DNA of 64,000 nt from Desulfovibrionaceae bacterium (GTDB lineage Bacteria; Desulfobacterota; Desulfovibrionia; Desulfovibrionales; Desulfovibrionaceae): NCBI GenBank assembly GCA_051650105.1, contig JBOFIJ010000006.1, positions 121,352-185,351 of the forward strand, given 5' to 3'. Shown here one piece after another: positions 8,538 through 17,728 of this stretch; within the stretch, counting starts at the first letter, position 1, and each line of letters opens with the position of its first letter. Below the pieces are notes generated by a model. The model saw only the letters and a list, made by a program, of their open reading frames with translations, ran no database searches and was not told the DNA's origin. The translations under genes and the position numbers were made by a program.

Positions 8538-9521
8538 ATGTCAACATTAGCTCAAGATGAAATAGATAATTTATTGAAAGGATTAGATAGTGGGGATATA
8601 GATCTTGAAGATAAAGATAGTTTTTCTTCAGATAAGGAAGTAGTTCTTTTTAGTCTTGCAAATCAGGATAGAATTATCCGTGGTAGAATGCCTGTTCTTG
8701 AGATAGTGAATGACCGGTTTGCAAGGCTATGCACAAGTTATATGAGTAATATTACTCGGAAACGTGTTGAGTTTAATCCTATTTCTGTAGATATGTTGAA
8801 ATTTGGTGATTTCTTGCGTGGTCTTGCTGTTCCAACAAGTATACATCTTTTTAAAATGGAACCATTAAGAGGAAATGCTCTTGCTGTTATTGATGCTAGA
8901 TTAGTTTTTGCTTTAGTGGAAAATTTTTTTGGTGGAATTGGTAGTGTGCCAAAAATAGAAGGAAGAGAATTTACTCCCATTGAGCAGTCTATTATTACTA
9001 AGGTAGCTCGTATTTTACTTGCTAATCTTGAAGAAGCATGGAGGCCTGTTCATGAGTTATCTTTTGAATTAATTCGTTCTGAAATTAATCCACAATTTGC
9101 TGCAATTGTTCCTCCTAGTGAGGTTGTTATTGCTGTTTCCTTCGAGGTAGAATTAGATAACACTACAGGGACATTTTCTGTATGTCTGCCTTACGCAACA
9201 ATAGAACCAATACGTTCTAAATTACACGCTAGTTTTCAAACAGAACGTTTGGAGATTGATCATGGTTGGGTTGCTAGATTGAAGGAGCGCATTATGGAAA
9301 CACCTCTTGAAGCATGTGTAGAACTTGGTAAGGCACAAATTACGAGTAAGCAACTACTTAGATTGCGAGAAGGTGATATTATTATGTTGAATACAGAAGA
9401 AGAATCATTATTGCCAATATCTATTGGAGGAGTGATTAAATTTTGGGGAAAACCTGGTATATCGCGCGCTAATAAGGCCATGCATATTATTAAGGAAGAG
9501 GAAATAAGTAGTAATGTGTAG
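8538..9521 (+). CDS. fliM: Flagellar motor switch protein FliM
   Basis: N-terminal CheY-P binding-type motif LAQDEIDNLL, FliM middle domain, and a C-terminal SpoA/FliN-like domain. Confidence 0.9.
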   Translation: MSTLAQDEIDNLLKGLDSGDIDLEDKDSFSSDKEVVLFSLANQDRIIRGRMPVLEIVNDRFARLCTSYMSNITRKRVEFNPISVDMLKFGDFLRGLAVPTSIHLFKMEPLRGNALAVIDARLVFALVENFFGGIGSVPKIEGREFTPIEQSIITKVARILLANLEEAWRPVHELSFELIRSEINPQFAAIVPPSEVVIAVSFEVELDNTTGTFSVCLPYATIEPIRSKLHASFQTERLEIDHGWVARLKERIMETPLEACVELGKAQITSKQLLRLREGDIIMLNTEEESLLPISIGGVIKFWGKPGISRANKAMHIIKEEEISSNV

Positions 9522-9524
9522 TGT

Positions 9525-9546
9525 ATCTTTACTGGAGTGTAAAGAT
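9525..9546 (+). terminator. Possible weak terminator hairpin after fliM
   Basis: Perfect 8-bp stem atctttac/gtaaagat with a 6-nt loop starting 4 nt after the stop. The T tail is weak. Confidence 0.3.
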
Positions 9547-9939
9547 TGGTAATTTCTCGAAAAAAATTAGCGTTGTTCTTTTTATGGAAAGACAAGAGTC
9601 TCTATGTGATTGGTATTGTTTTTTAGAATGTGACAAGAGTTTTTAGTATAGGGGAAACACTAGAATAAGATGCATATACTCACTATAGCATTATAGGAAA
9701 AATATGAAACTATTTTCTAAAGAGTTTTTATCTCATTACGGAAACGAAAATGGTACATAGTATCTAGGAAAAGTTCTTGTTTTATATGAAATACGTGAGA
9801 TGTATGCTGGTGACGTGTGTTAGAACAGTAATGGTTAAGATTGCTCTATTGGTATCCTTAAAAAATGAATTTGATAAGAGAAGAGAACTCTGTAGAGAAG
9901 GTTTTTATTGTCTGGAGAAATGTTGCCAACACAAGTGCT

Positions 9940-10923
9940 TTATACAGTGAAAATATAGGTATCTAATGCCTCTAAGAGCTCTTTTTTTGTTGTTTCCAAA
10001 TCATTTTTATAAAAAGCACCACAGGCATTTCTGTGGCCTCCACCACCAAAATGTTGTGCAAGTGGTATAATGTTGGTATCAAAAGAACGAATGCTTATTT
10101 TTACACCAGAAACAGAACCCGTGTGTTCTTTGAGCACAATAGATATGGATAACGATTGCAGGTGCATTATAAAAGAAACAATACCTTCTAGGTCTTCAGG
10201 TGTACAAGAGTATTGTTTTAAAAGAGTTTCTGTGATAGTTATAATAGAAACTTTATTTCCTTTATATGTTTCTAAATGCATGAGAATGTGTCCCCATAAG
10301 TTCATCTTTCCAGGAGTCCATTGACATTTATATTTTCGGATGAAGTCGGCAACACGTAAACCAGAATCAACAATATTTGCGGCTAAAGAAAGTGCTCGTG
10401 CATCTGTATTTGTATTAACAAAATTCCCTGTATCTTCGGTAATAGAAAGATAGAGAGCTTCTCCCAAAATACCAGTTAAAGGAATTCCTAGAAATAGAGC
10501 AATTTCTGCTACAATACATCCTGTTGCGGCGTAGGTAGCGTCTACAATATTTCCTATGTTAGCAAAATTTTTCCCAACAAGATGGTGATCTATATTAAAC
10601 GTGTTTAGTGCAGGAATAAGGGGGAACAATTCCTTTCCAACTCTTATGCTTTCACTAACATCAAGAATAATAAGACTCTCTGGCATAAACTCTTTTTGTA
10701 GCTCTTCTAAACTGGTGTAGACAGGAGAAAAAAATGGAAGAGGGGAAAGGTATTTTGGAATACCTGTGCTTGTATATAGGGCATAGCGCTTAGAAAGCGT
10801 TTCTAAAATGCATGCCATAGCAAGCATAGAGCCCAAAGCATCTCCGTCTGGGTTCTCATGTGCTGTGATAACATAATTATCGTAAAGAGCTAATTTCTTA
10901 GCAATACTCTCTGCAGTATCCAC
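9940..10923 (-). CDS. nrnA: DHH/DHHA1 phosphoesterase, NrnA-like oligoribonuclease/pAp phosphatase
   Basis: Motifs HENPDGDALGS, NIDHH and GGGGH. GTG at 10923 overlaps the rpmB stop as TAGTG and leaves the usual ~22 residues before the first DHH motif. The ORF-track ATG at 10992 would overlap rpmB by 70 nt. Confidence 0.8.
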   Translation of the reverse strand: MDTAESIAKKLALYDNYVITAHENPDGDALGSMLAMACILETLSKRYALYTSTGIPKYLSPLPFFSPVYTSLEELQKEFMPESLIILDVSESIRVGKELFPLIPALNTFNIDHHLVGKNFANIGNIVDATYAATGCIVAEIALFLGIPLTGILGEALYLSITEDTGNFVNTNTDARALSLAANIVDSGLRVADFIRKYKCQWTPGKMNLWGHILMHLETYKGNKVSIITITETLLKQYSCTPEDLEGIVSFIMHLQSLSISIVLKEHTGSVSGVKISIRSFDTNIIPLAQHFGGGGHRNACGAFYKNDLETTKKELLEALDTYIFTV

Positions 10924-11141
10924 TATTCTGTCACAAATTTCTCTATAAGCATAGGTTTTATAATTTTGCCAGAACGTATGCAACGCGTACATACACGGAC
11001 AGTTTGTATTCTGCCATTAGGGCTTTGATGTCTTGCATATTGCAAATTAGGGAAAAATTTTCTTTTTGTTTTTATATTTGAGTGGCTAACTCTATTTCCT
11101 GTTTCTGTTTTTTTGCCACAAAGTTCGCATTCTCTAGCCAT
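10923..11141 (-). CDS. rpmB: 50S ribosomal protein L28
   Basis: [34 protein letters not shown] is L28-typical. The internal Met at 11141 fits the normal length. Confidence 0.85.
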   Translation of the reverse strand: MARECELCGKKTETGNRVSHSNIKTKRKFFPNLQYARHQSPNGRIQTVRVCTRCIRSGKIIKPMLIEKFVTE

Positions 11142-11284
11142 ATTGTTCTCCTTCAAGGTGCTTAGATCCCTCATACATATATGCACACGAAAGTACGGCA
11201 AGATAAAAGGGTAGCCAAAGCTTGGTTAGAGTCTATCTATTCATAATAGAAAAAGCAAGTCTTTTCTTGACTTATTTTAAAACC

Positions 11285-11308
11285 AAGGATACAAGGGTGT
11301 GTATCCTT
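11285..11308 (+). promoter_or_regulatory. Perfect 9-bp stem hairpin in the yceD-rpmF leader
   Basis: aaggataca - agggtg - tgtatcctt, ending 26 nt before the yceD ATG, with no T tail. Confidence 0.3.
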
Positions 11309-11334
11309 AACTTTAACTGAGACGTGGAGACTGT

Positions 11335-11865
11335 ATGGAATCAATATGGCTTTGTATCGATGACATTCCAGAAGAGGGTTTTCATGCAAAATTTTCGGAC
11401 AAGGAACAATTTATTTGGACAAAGCCCATCAGTGAATACTCTTTAGGGATTTCACTAATTGATCCTGTTAGGGCAGAGCTCTCCATTTTTTTGCAAGATG
11501 AGGGTTGTTTAGTTCAGGGTGAAGTATTTGCCAGTATTGAACAGCCGTGTGATGTGTGTCTTATCCCTGTGAAAAAGAATATTGGGCACATATTTGACGA
11601 TTTTATTGATTTTACTGAAATATCTCCCACAGATACAACGCGTGTATGCATAGGAAAATCGGGTTCAGCAGAAATTAATATAGCGGGCATTTTATGGGAA
11701 GAGTTTCTATTTGATACTACAGGTAAAACACATTGTTCTTCTTCATGTTTTGGGCTCTGCTCTTTGTGCGGGAAAAAGAAAGTCTCTTCTCTTTGTTTGT
11801 GTGAGGATGAACAAAATAAGAAAAATAACCCTTTTGCTAATATTTTACTTGCAAATAGAAAATAA
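11335..11865 (+). CDS. yceD: YceD/DUF177 family 23S rRNA accumulation protein
   Basis: It sits in the conserved position upstream of rpmF and has the Cys pairs CDVC and CSLCGKK typical of DUF177. Confidence 0.8.
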   Translation: MESIWLCIDDIPEEGFHAKFSDKEQFIWTKPISEYSLGISLIDPVRAELSIFLQDEGCLVQGEVFASIEQPCDVCLIPVKKNIGHIFDDFIDFTEISPTDTTRVCIGKSGSAEINIAGILWEEFLFDTTGKTHCSSSCFGLCSLCGKKKVSSLCLCEDEQNKKNNPFANILLANRK

Positions 11866-11906
11866 CCGTTATATAGTTTACTGAGAGATCATCTAGAGAG
11901 GTTGTT

Positions 11907-12092
11907 ATGGCAGTTCAACAAAATAAGAAGTCACGTTCTCGTAAGGGAATGAGAAGATCACATGATAGGGTTTGTGTGCCGAATATCGTCTCTTGTACTG
12001 GGTGTGGTGCTCCAACACTTTCTCATGTGGTGTGTGCACGTTGTGGTGCGTACAGAGGCAGAAGGTATTTTGCAATTAATCCTCAAGCATAA
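11907..12092 (+). CDS. rpmF: 50S ribosomal protein L32
   Basis: MAVQQNKKSRSRKGMRRSHD plus a CxxC..CxxC zinc ribbon. Confidence 0.92.
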   Translation: MAVQQNKKSRSRKGMRRSHDRVCVPNIVSCTGCGAPTLSHVVCARCGAYRGRRYFAINPQA

Positions 12093-12164
12093 TTGATACA
12101 TAAGTAACTTTGTTGGGATAGTTGCTATCTGGAAAATAGTTCTATATTTCTTTTTTGCTGTTTT

Positions 12165-12464
12165 ATGGAGAAGTATATGAAGGAAGAAAGAAGGTCGAGA
12201 AGGGCTTCTGCTAGAAAGAGTGGTTTTTTAACTATCCTTGAGCATATATTTCCTTTTGTTACTTTGGATATTAGTAAAAGTGGTGTCTCTATAAGTGTAC
12301 GAGCTTCTATTCCTGTGGACACTCGATGTGTTCTTACTTTTGAGGATAATCAGAGTCTTCTTTTTTCTTCCTTTGTTGTGAGAACGAAGAATAATATTTG
12401 TGCCCTTGTTTTCTCTGATTTAACATCGGAACATATTGAATACCTTGAGTCTTTATCTCTATAA
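12165..12464 (+). CDS. Single-domain PilZ protein (putative c-di-GMP receptor)
   Basis: Both PilZ signature elements are present: RRSRR (RxxxR) and DISKSG (D/NxSxxG). Confidence 0.7.
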   Translation: MEKYMKEERRSRRASARKSGFLTILEHIFPFVTLDISKSGVSISVRASIPVDTRCVLTFEDNQSLLFSSFVVRTKNNICALVFSDLTSEHIEYLESLSL

Positions 12465-12484
12465 CTTTCTAAAAAGATATTCTT

Positions 12485-12769
12485 ATGAAAATTTTTATGC
12501 CCATATTGCTTCTTTCTACTGGCTTTGCTATTGGGTTTTGTTTTAAGAAATATCCTCTTAGACGTTGGTTATCTGGTCTTCTTGGGAATATTATTTATAT
12601 CTTGTTATTTTTTCTTGGCTTATCTTTAGGTAGTTCAGAAAGTTTTTATGAAAATATTATGAATCTTGGAATATATGCGCTTTTATTTAGTTTTATATGT
12701 ACTGTTGGAAGTCTTATTGGTGCCAAAATAGCGTATAAATTGTTTTTTCAGAAGAAGGATGTTCTTTAA
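12485..12769 (+). CDS. LysO/DUF340-family small membrane protein (short subunit type)
   Basis: 94 aa with three hydrophobic helices. The pattern LLFFLGLSLGSSE..LG..ALLFSF.TVGSLIG resembles DUF340. Confidence 0.5.
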   Translation: MKIFMPILLLSTGFAIGFCFKKYPLRRWLSGLLGNIIYILLFFLGLSLGSSESFYENIMNLGIYALLFSFICTVGSLIGAKIAYKLFFQKKDVL

Positions 12770-13453
12770 AGGGATGCTCGGGACAATGTATTTCTTATCC
12801 CATAGAGGAAAGAGTTGTTGTTATTATGTCTAAGACGATTTTATTTTACTCTCCTAATTGGTGGAGTGTATTTGTGTGAATTGTGAAGGCATTCTCTATA
12901 AAATAAGGTATTATATATGTTATTCTTGAAAAAGATATTATATGTCTCTTTTTCTGTGTTTTGGTGCGTTGTTGTGTATATTTCTTTTTATATAGAGTAC
13001 ATAAGGATATGTAATCTATTTTGTATTATAAGAAGATAGTTAGCAGAGTATATTACAAGAAGTGTAGTGTTACAGTGCGTATAGTACACATTTTTTAGAG
13101 GTATAGGAATGGAGCTTATAAAGGGATAGTCTGTACATAGGCATTGTGAAGAGGATATATTTTTGAAGGTATTTTTCTACGAAGTAATACAGTAATATTG
13201 TATATGCCCAATGTGTATTTTATAGAAAACGCTATAAAAATATATTGTAATTTGTATTTAGAAGAAATAAAATAAGGAAAACTGAGGTAATTATACTATA
13301 TACCTTTTTTTATTCTTTTCTTAAATAGTATCTTAGGCTCTGCTATTTTATAAGGTTTTTTCTCTATTATAAATAGATAATAATTCTTCATGTGTGCAAG
13401 AGAAGACATTCTTATTTCTTGTTTTTACTGTGCAATAATGCTATTCTTTTTTA

Positions 13454-15397
13454 ATGAGATTAACAGTACAAAACATATCTAAAAGAATTGGTGGTAAGGA
13501 TCTTTTTGTCGATTTTTCTATGGATCTTCAAGATGGAATGCGTCTTTGTATTTGTGGGGCAAATGGTGCTGGGAAATCTGTACTCATGAGAATTATGGCA
13601 ATGCAAGATGATGTCGATTCTGGAAAAGTATTGATTGATAAATATTCAAATATTGGTTACGTCGAACAAGAATTTAAAAATGAAGATATGGAGAAAGAGC
13701 TTCTTAACTATGTGATGACAGCACTCCCAGATTGGTCTTTATTTTGGCTTGAATGGGATAAGGCCGTTCAAGAAAAGAATGAATCTTTACTAAAAGAATT
13801 ATCTGAAAAACAAGCCAGAATAGAGGGTAGTTATGGCTATGATGCTGAGCATCATTGTGGGGCAATACTTTCTGGTTTGGGTTTTCCTGTTGAAGAACAT
13901 AGAAAAAAAATACGAGAATTTTCTGGTGGTTTTAGAGAAAGAGCTAAGCTTGCTAGGGTTCTTGTTTCTGGTGTGGATATCCTTCTTTTAGATGAACCTA
14001 TCAATCATTTAGATTTAGAAGCAATAGAGTGGTTAGAAAATTTTTTGTTATCTTACGAAGGAATAATTGTTTTTATTGCCCATGATAGGGTTTTTATGGA
14101 TACTATAGCTACTCATACTTTATATTTAGGCACTGGAAAACCTTTTTTTAGAAAGGCAAATTATACTCAATTAATGAATCAATTTGAGGAAAGAGAAGAA
14201 CAAAAAAGGAGAGAAGTAAAAAAACTTTCACAAGAAATAGATGATAAAATGGTTTTTGTTGAACGTTTTAAAGCAAAAGCCAGTAAAGCAAGACAGGCCA
14301 ACTCCAAGCAAAAAATGGCAAAACGTCTTGAGAAAGAATTAAGACTGCTAGAGCCTGAAAAGAAAGCGAATACTGTTTCTATTGCTTTTCCTACTCCTCA
14401 AAAAATGGATACTATTTTAGTAACAGCTGAAAATATAGAACATTATTATCCTGGAAGGAAATCGTTATGGGCTCCACTTTCTTTTTCTTTATATAAGGGA
14501 GATAAAATTGCTCTTGTTGGAAAGAATGGGAGTGGAAAATCGACACTACTCAAAAATATTATTGGAAAACTTTTACCAACAGGTGGCAGTCTTTTCTTGA
14601 GTCCAACAGTAAAAATAGGATATTTTGCTCAGCACCAAACAGATATTCTTATTCTTGAAAATACAGTTCTCACTGAAATTCGCAGACTTTCTGATCCAAA
14701 AACAACAGAAGAAGAGCTTATGGGAACGCTTGGTAGGTTTATGTTGGGACAAGAATTTTTTGAAAGAAAAGTTTCTGCTCTTAGTGGTGGAGAAAAAAAT
14801 AGACTTGTTCTTGCAACACTATTTTTATGTAGGGCAAATCTGCTTGTTTTGGATGAGCCGACGAATCATTTAGATTTGGAAACACGAGATTCTCTTATTA
14901 CAGCCCTGAAAAATTTTCAAGGTAGTATTATTATGATTGCTCATGATAGACATTTATTAGCCTCTGTTAGTTCAGGATATTGGTTATTAAGTGAATCTGG
15001 TTTACGTGTTTTTACTACGTTTTCAGAGTATGTATCGGGAAGAGAGTTTGATTTTCTACAAAGTTCTTCTGTTGTGGAGAAGAAAATAGATAGAAAAGAA
15101 CAAAAACGTATACTGGCTCAAAAACGTTCTGAAATATTTAAGGAATTACAACCTAAAAAAGATGTCTATGCAGCCAAAGAAATAGTATTAGCACAAGTAT
15201 TAGCGGCTATTGTTGTACTAGAAGAAAAAATGGCACAACCACAATTTTATGACATATCCTCAGATGTTACGCTCGCTTTAAAGGAATTGCACAATTTGCA
15301 AAAAACATCAGAATGTTATTTAGAAGAGCTTTCTGTATTAGAAGAAGAAATAACAAATTTAGAAGCATTACAAAAGGAATTATCTGCGAATAAATAA
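13454..15397 (+). CDS. ABC-F family ATPase (Uup/YheS-like) with C-terminal coiled-coil extension
   Basis: Two ABC cassettes (GANGAGKS / FSGGFRERAKLA / LLLDEP and GKNGSGKST / LSGGEKNRLVLA / LVLDEP) with no TM domain. Confidence 0.88.
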   Translation: MRLTVQNISKRIGGKDLFVDFSMDLQDGMRLCICGANGAGKSVLMRIMAMQDDVDSGKVLIDKYSNIGYVEQEFKNEDMEKELLNYVMTALPDWSLFWLEWDKAVQEKNESLLKELSEKQARIEGSYGYDAEHHCGAILSGLGFPVEEHRKKIREFSGGFRERAKLARVLVSGVDILLLDEPINHLDLEAIEWLENFLLSYEGIIVFIAHDRVFMDTIATHTLYLGTGKPFFRKANYTQLMNQFEEREEQKRREVKKLSQEIDDKMVFVERFKAKASKARQANSKQKMAKRLEKELRLLEPEKKANTVSIAFPTPQKMDTILVTAENIEHYYPGRKSLWAPLSFSLYKGDKIALVGKNGSGKSTLLKNIIGKLLPTGGSLFLSPTVKIGYFAQHQTDILILENTVLTEIRRLSDPKTTEEELMGTLGRFMLGQEFFERKVSALSGGEKNRLVLATLFLCRANLLVLDEPTNHLDLETRDSLITALKNFQGSIIMIAHDRHLLASVSSGYWLLSESGLRVFTTFSEYVSGREFDFLQSSSVVEKKIDRKEQKRILAQKRSEIFKELQPKKDVYAAKEIVLAQVLAAIVVLEEKMAQPQFYDISSDVTLALKELHNLQKTSECYLEELSVLEEEITNLEALQKELSANK

Positions 15398-15468
15398 GAA
15401 CATTATTGATACCATTGTCTCCTAATTTTGCAGAGTGTTTTTAGTGTACTTTTATGTAAAGGGATGAT

Positions 15469-16284
15469 ATGAGGAATATTCTTTATTTATTCTTATTTTT
15501 TATTTTCTTTGTAGAAAATGCTTTTGCTGGAGAGGTAGAATGGAGACAGTTGTCGACACAAATGGATATCCTCACAGTACCAACTCGCTACGATGGCAAT
15601 ATTACCATTGTGCGTTTTAATCCAAAAGCATATATGGTACGTATTCTTTCTTCTTCTATTTTACGAAAGAATGTTCTTTCTGTTAAAGAATGGGAGGAAG
15701 AGTATCATTTTATTCTTGCTATAAATACAAGTATGTATGCTCGAGATAATAAAACGAGTATCGCCCTATTAAAAACAATTCAGGGTTTTAATAATCACAA
15801 GTTGTCCACTCATTTTGGGGCTCTTTTTCTTGCTAATCCCATTGATACTAGCCTAGATTCTGTTATTTTGGTCGATACCCCAAATGTAGCTGAAAAAGAT
15901 ATTGTTCTATTGTTAGAAGAATATACTGATGCTGTGCAAAATTTTAGAATTATTGATTCCAAAAGAAATCTTGTTTGGAAATCGAAAAATAATCCATATA
16001 CTACTATTTCCGCTGTTGCAAATGATGGAGATGGAAATATTTTGTTTATTCATAGCCAGGCTCTTTTAACACCACCTTTACTTGGAAAGATACTCCTTTC
16101 TTTACCCATTAATATACGCACAACGATGTATACTGAAGGGGCAGGAGAATCTTTCTTATACATTAATTATAAGGGTGTGCATACGTTGTTGGAAGGAAGA
16201 GCGCGTAATCCATTTTCTTTTATAACAGGTTCCCCTAAAATCCCTAATATATTTGCTGTGTATCCAAGACATGAGAAAAAATAG
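15469..16284 (+). CDS. Secreted phosphodiester glycosidase-like (DUF2233) protein
   Basis: Signal peptide MRNILYLFLFFIFFVENAFA. Segments LAINTSMY, AVQNFRIIDS and AVANDGDGNILFIHS resemble DUF2233 conserved blocks. This is from memory, not searched. Confidence 0.5.
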   Translation: MRNILYLFLFFIFFVENAFAGEVEWRQLSTQMDILTVPTRYDGNITIVRFNPKAYMVRILSSSILRKNVLSVKEWEEEYHFILAINTSMYARDNKTSIALLKTIQGFNNHKLSTHFGALFLANPIDTSLDSVILVDTPNVAEKDIVLLLEEYTDAVQNFRIIDSKRNLVWKSKNNPYTTISAVANDGDGNILFIHSQALLTPPLLGKILLSLPINIRTTMYTEGAGESFLYINYKGVHTLLEGRARNPFSFITGSPKIPNIFAVYPRHEKK

Positions 16285-16360
16285 AGTTATCCATGGCATC
16301 TTGATGCATGTCTTAGAAGGAGTATTTGTGTGTTAATCATAACGGTATAAAATATATACT

Positions 16361-16432
16361 CCATTTTCTTTTATACCAGGTTCCCCTACAATCCCTACTA
16401 TATTTGCTGTGTATCTAGGGCACGAGAAAAGT
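16361..16432 (+). repeat. Degenerate direct duplicate of the 3' end of the preceding gene (parent 16210..16284)
   Basis: ccattttcttttataccaggttcccctacaatccctactatatttgctgtgtatc.. versus ccattttcttttataacaggttcccctaaaatccctaatatatttgctgtgtatc... About 8 substitutions and no indel over ~68 nt. Confidence 0.85.
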
Positions 16433-16807
16433 TGTCTTGGTTTAGAGGATTGTAAAATTGATGAACATAACGCGAAGAAAACTCTTAACGAAGATCTCTA
16501 TTGTTATTTTCTAAAGAGTATGTTTTGTTACTGTTTACTTCAGAAAAATCCAAAACAGATATTTTTTCATATATGCAATAGAATAGTGATAGAGCTCTCA
16601 TATATTGTATAGTGTTGTGAATAGTTTAGATTGTTTTCAGATTGTATTATAAAAAAATATTTGTTATTCTGATATTGATTGGTATAAATTACTATAAATT
16701 GTTTCTATATATAAAAGAATATATTTATAGGACATAGTAATAAAAAAATATAATTATTTGAGGATATCGTTATTAAAATTATTGTAGATGATGATTCTCT
16801 TCCTAAA

Positions 16808-17728
16808 GTGTGTTCAAATAAAGCAGGTGATGATTACTTGGCTTTAGACAAACATACTATACTATTGGGTGATTGTAGAGAAAAAATAAAAATAATAGAA
16901 GATGCTTCTGTCGATATAATTATTACAGATCCTCCATATTTTTTAGATGGATTAGATGGTAATTGGAACGGTTCTGATGTAGATAGGAAAAGAAATAAGG
17001 CTGGTATTGTTGGTGGTTTGCCAGTGGGTATGAAATTTAATACAAAGCAGGGAAAGAATTTTCAGAAATTCTATTATGGGGTATCACAAGAATTATATAG
17101 AGTTCTTAAACCGGGTGGTTTTTTCTTGTCTTTTAGTCAACCACGGTTATTTCATAGAATGGCTGTTGCTGTTGAAGATGCTGGTTTTGAAATTAGAGAT
17201 CAATATGTATGGAAATATGGGCAATCTCAAATGAAAGCTTTTAGTCAGAATCATTTTGTGGAAAAAATGGCAATTTCGGATGTAGAAAAGAAAAGAATAA
17301 TAGAGGAGTTAGCTGGAAGGAAGACTCCCCAATTGCGCCCACAATTTGAAAGTATCTTATTAGCACAAAAGCCAAAAGAAGGTACATTTGTACAAAATTG
17401 GTTGAAATGGGGTGTTGGCTTAGTGGATACAAAGCAAACATTAGATGGGAAAACACCTACAACAATAATGAAAATGGATAAAGCTCAAAAGGATGAATAT
17501 AACACTCATTTAACAGTGAAACCAGTGAGGCTGTTAGAGCATTTAATACAATTATTTTCACAGAATGGTCAAGTAGTGTTGGATCCTTTTTTAGGGAGTG
17601 GTTCAACAATAATAGCATCTTATAATACAGATAGAATATGTATTGGTATAGAGATACAAGAAGAATACTATAATGTTGCAAAGAAAAGAAGTACACAAAT
17701 GGGAATAGAATATCTTGTTAGGGATTAA
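16808..17728 (+). CDS. Beta-class (motif IV before motif I) DNA N6-adenine/N4-cytosine methyltransferase, most likely m6A
   Basis: Motif IV IITDPPYF lies near the N-terminus and AdoMet motif I DPFLGSGST near the C-terminus. The start is uncertain: GTG at 16808 or a TTG 11 codons in. Confidence 0.8.
   Translation: MCSNKAGDDYLALDKHTILLGDCREKIKIIEDASVDIIITDPPYFLDGLDGNWNGSDVDRKRNKAGIVGGLPVGMKFNTKQGKNFQKFYYGVSQELYRVLKPGGFFLSFSQPRLFHRMAVAVEDAGFEIRDQYVWKYGQSQMKAFSQNHFVEKMAISDVEKKRIIEELAGRKTPQLRPQFESILLAQKPKEGTFVQNWLKWGVGLVDTKQTLDGKTPTTIMKMDKAQKDEYNTHLTVKPVRLLEHLIQLFSQNGQVVLDPFLGSGSTIIASYNTDRICIGIEIQEEYYNVAKKRSTQMGIEYLVRD

Noticed and set aside
16288-16305. Sigma-54-like TGGCAT-N-TGCAT element right after the stop of the 15469..16284 gene.
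   Set aside because: The GG-to-GC spacing is one nucleotide short of the -24/-12 consensus, and no gene is suitably placed downstream.
16409-16612. 67-aa ORF downstream of the DUF2233-like gene.
   Set aside because: It starts inside the duplicated 3'-end fragment (16361..16432), has low-complexity AT-rich codons and lacks a Shine-Dalgarno.
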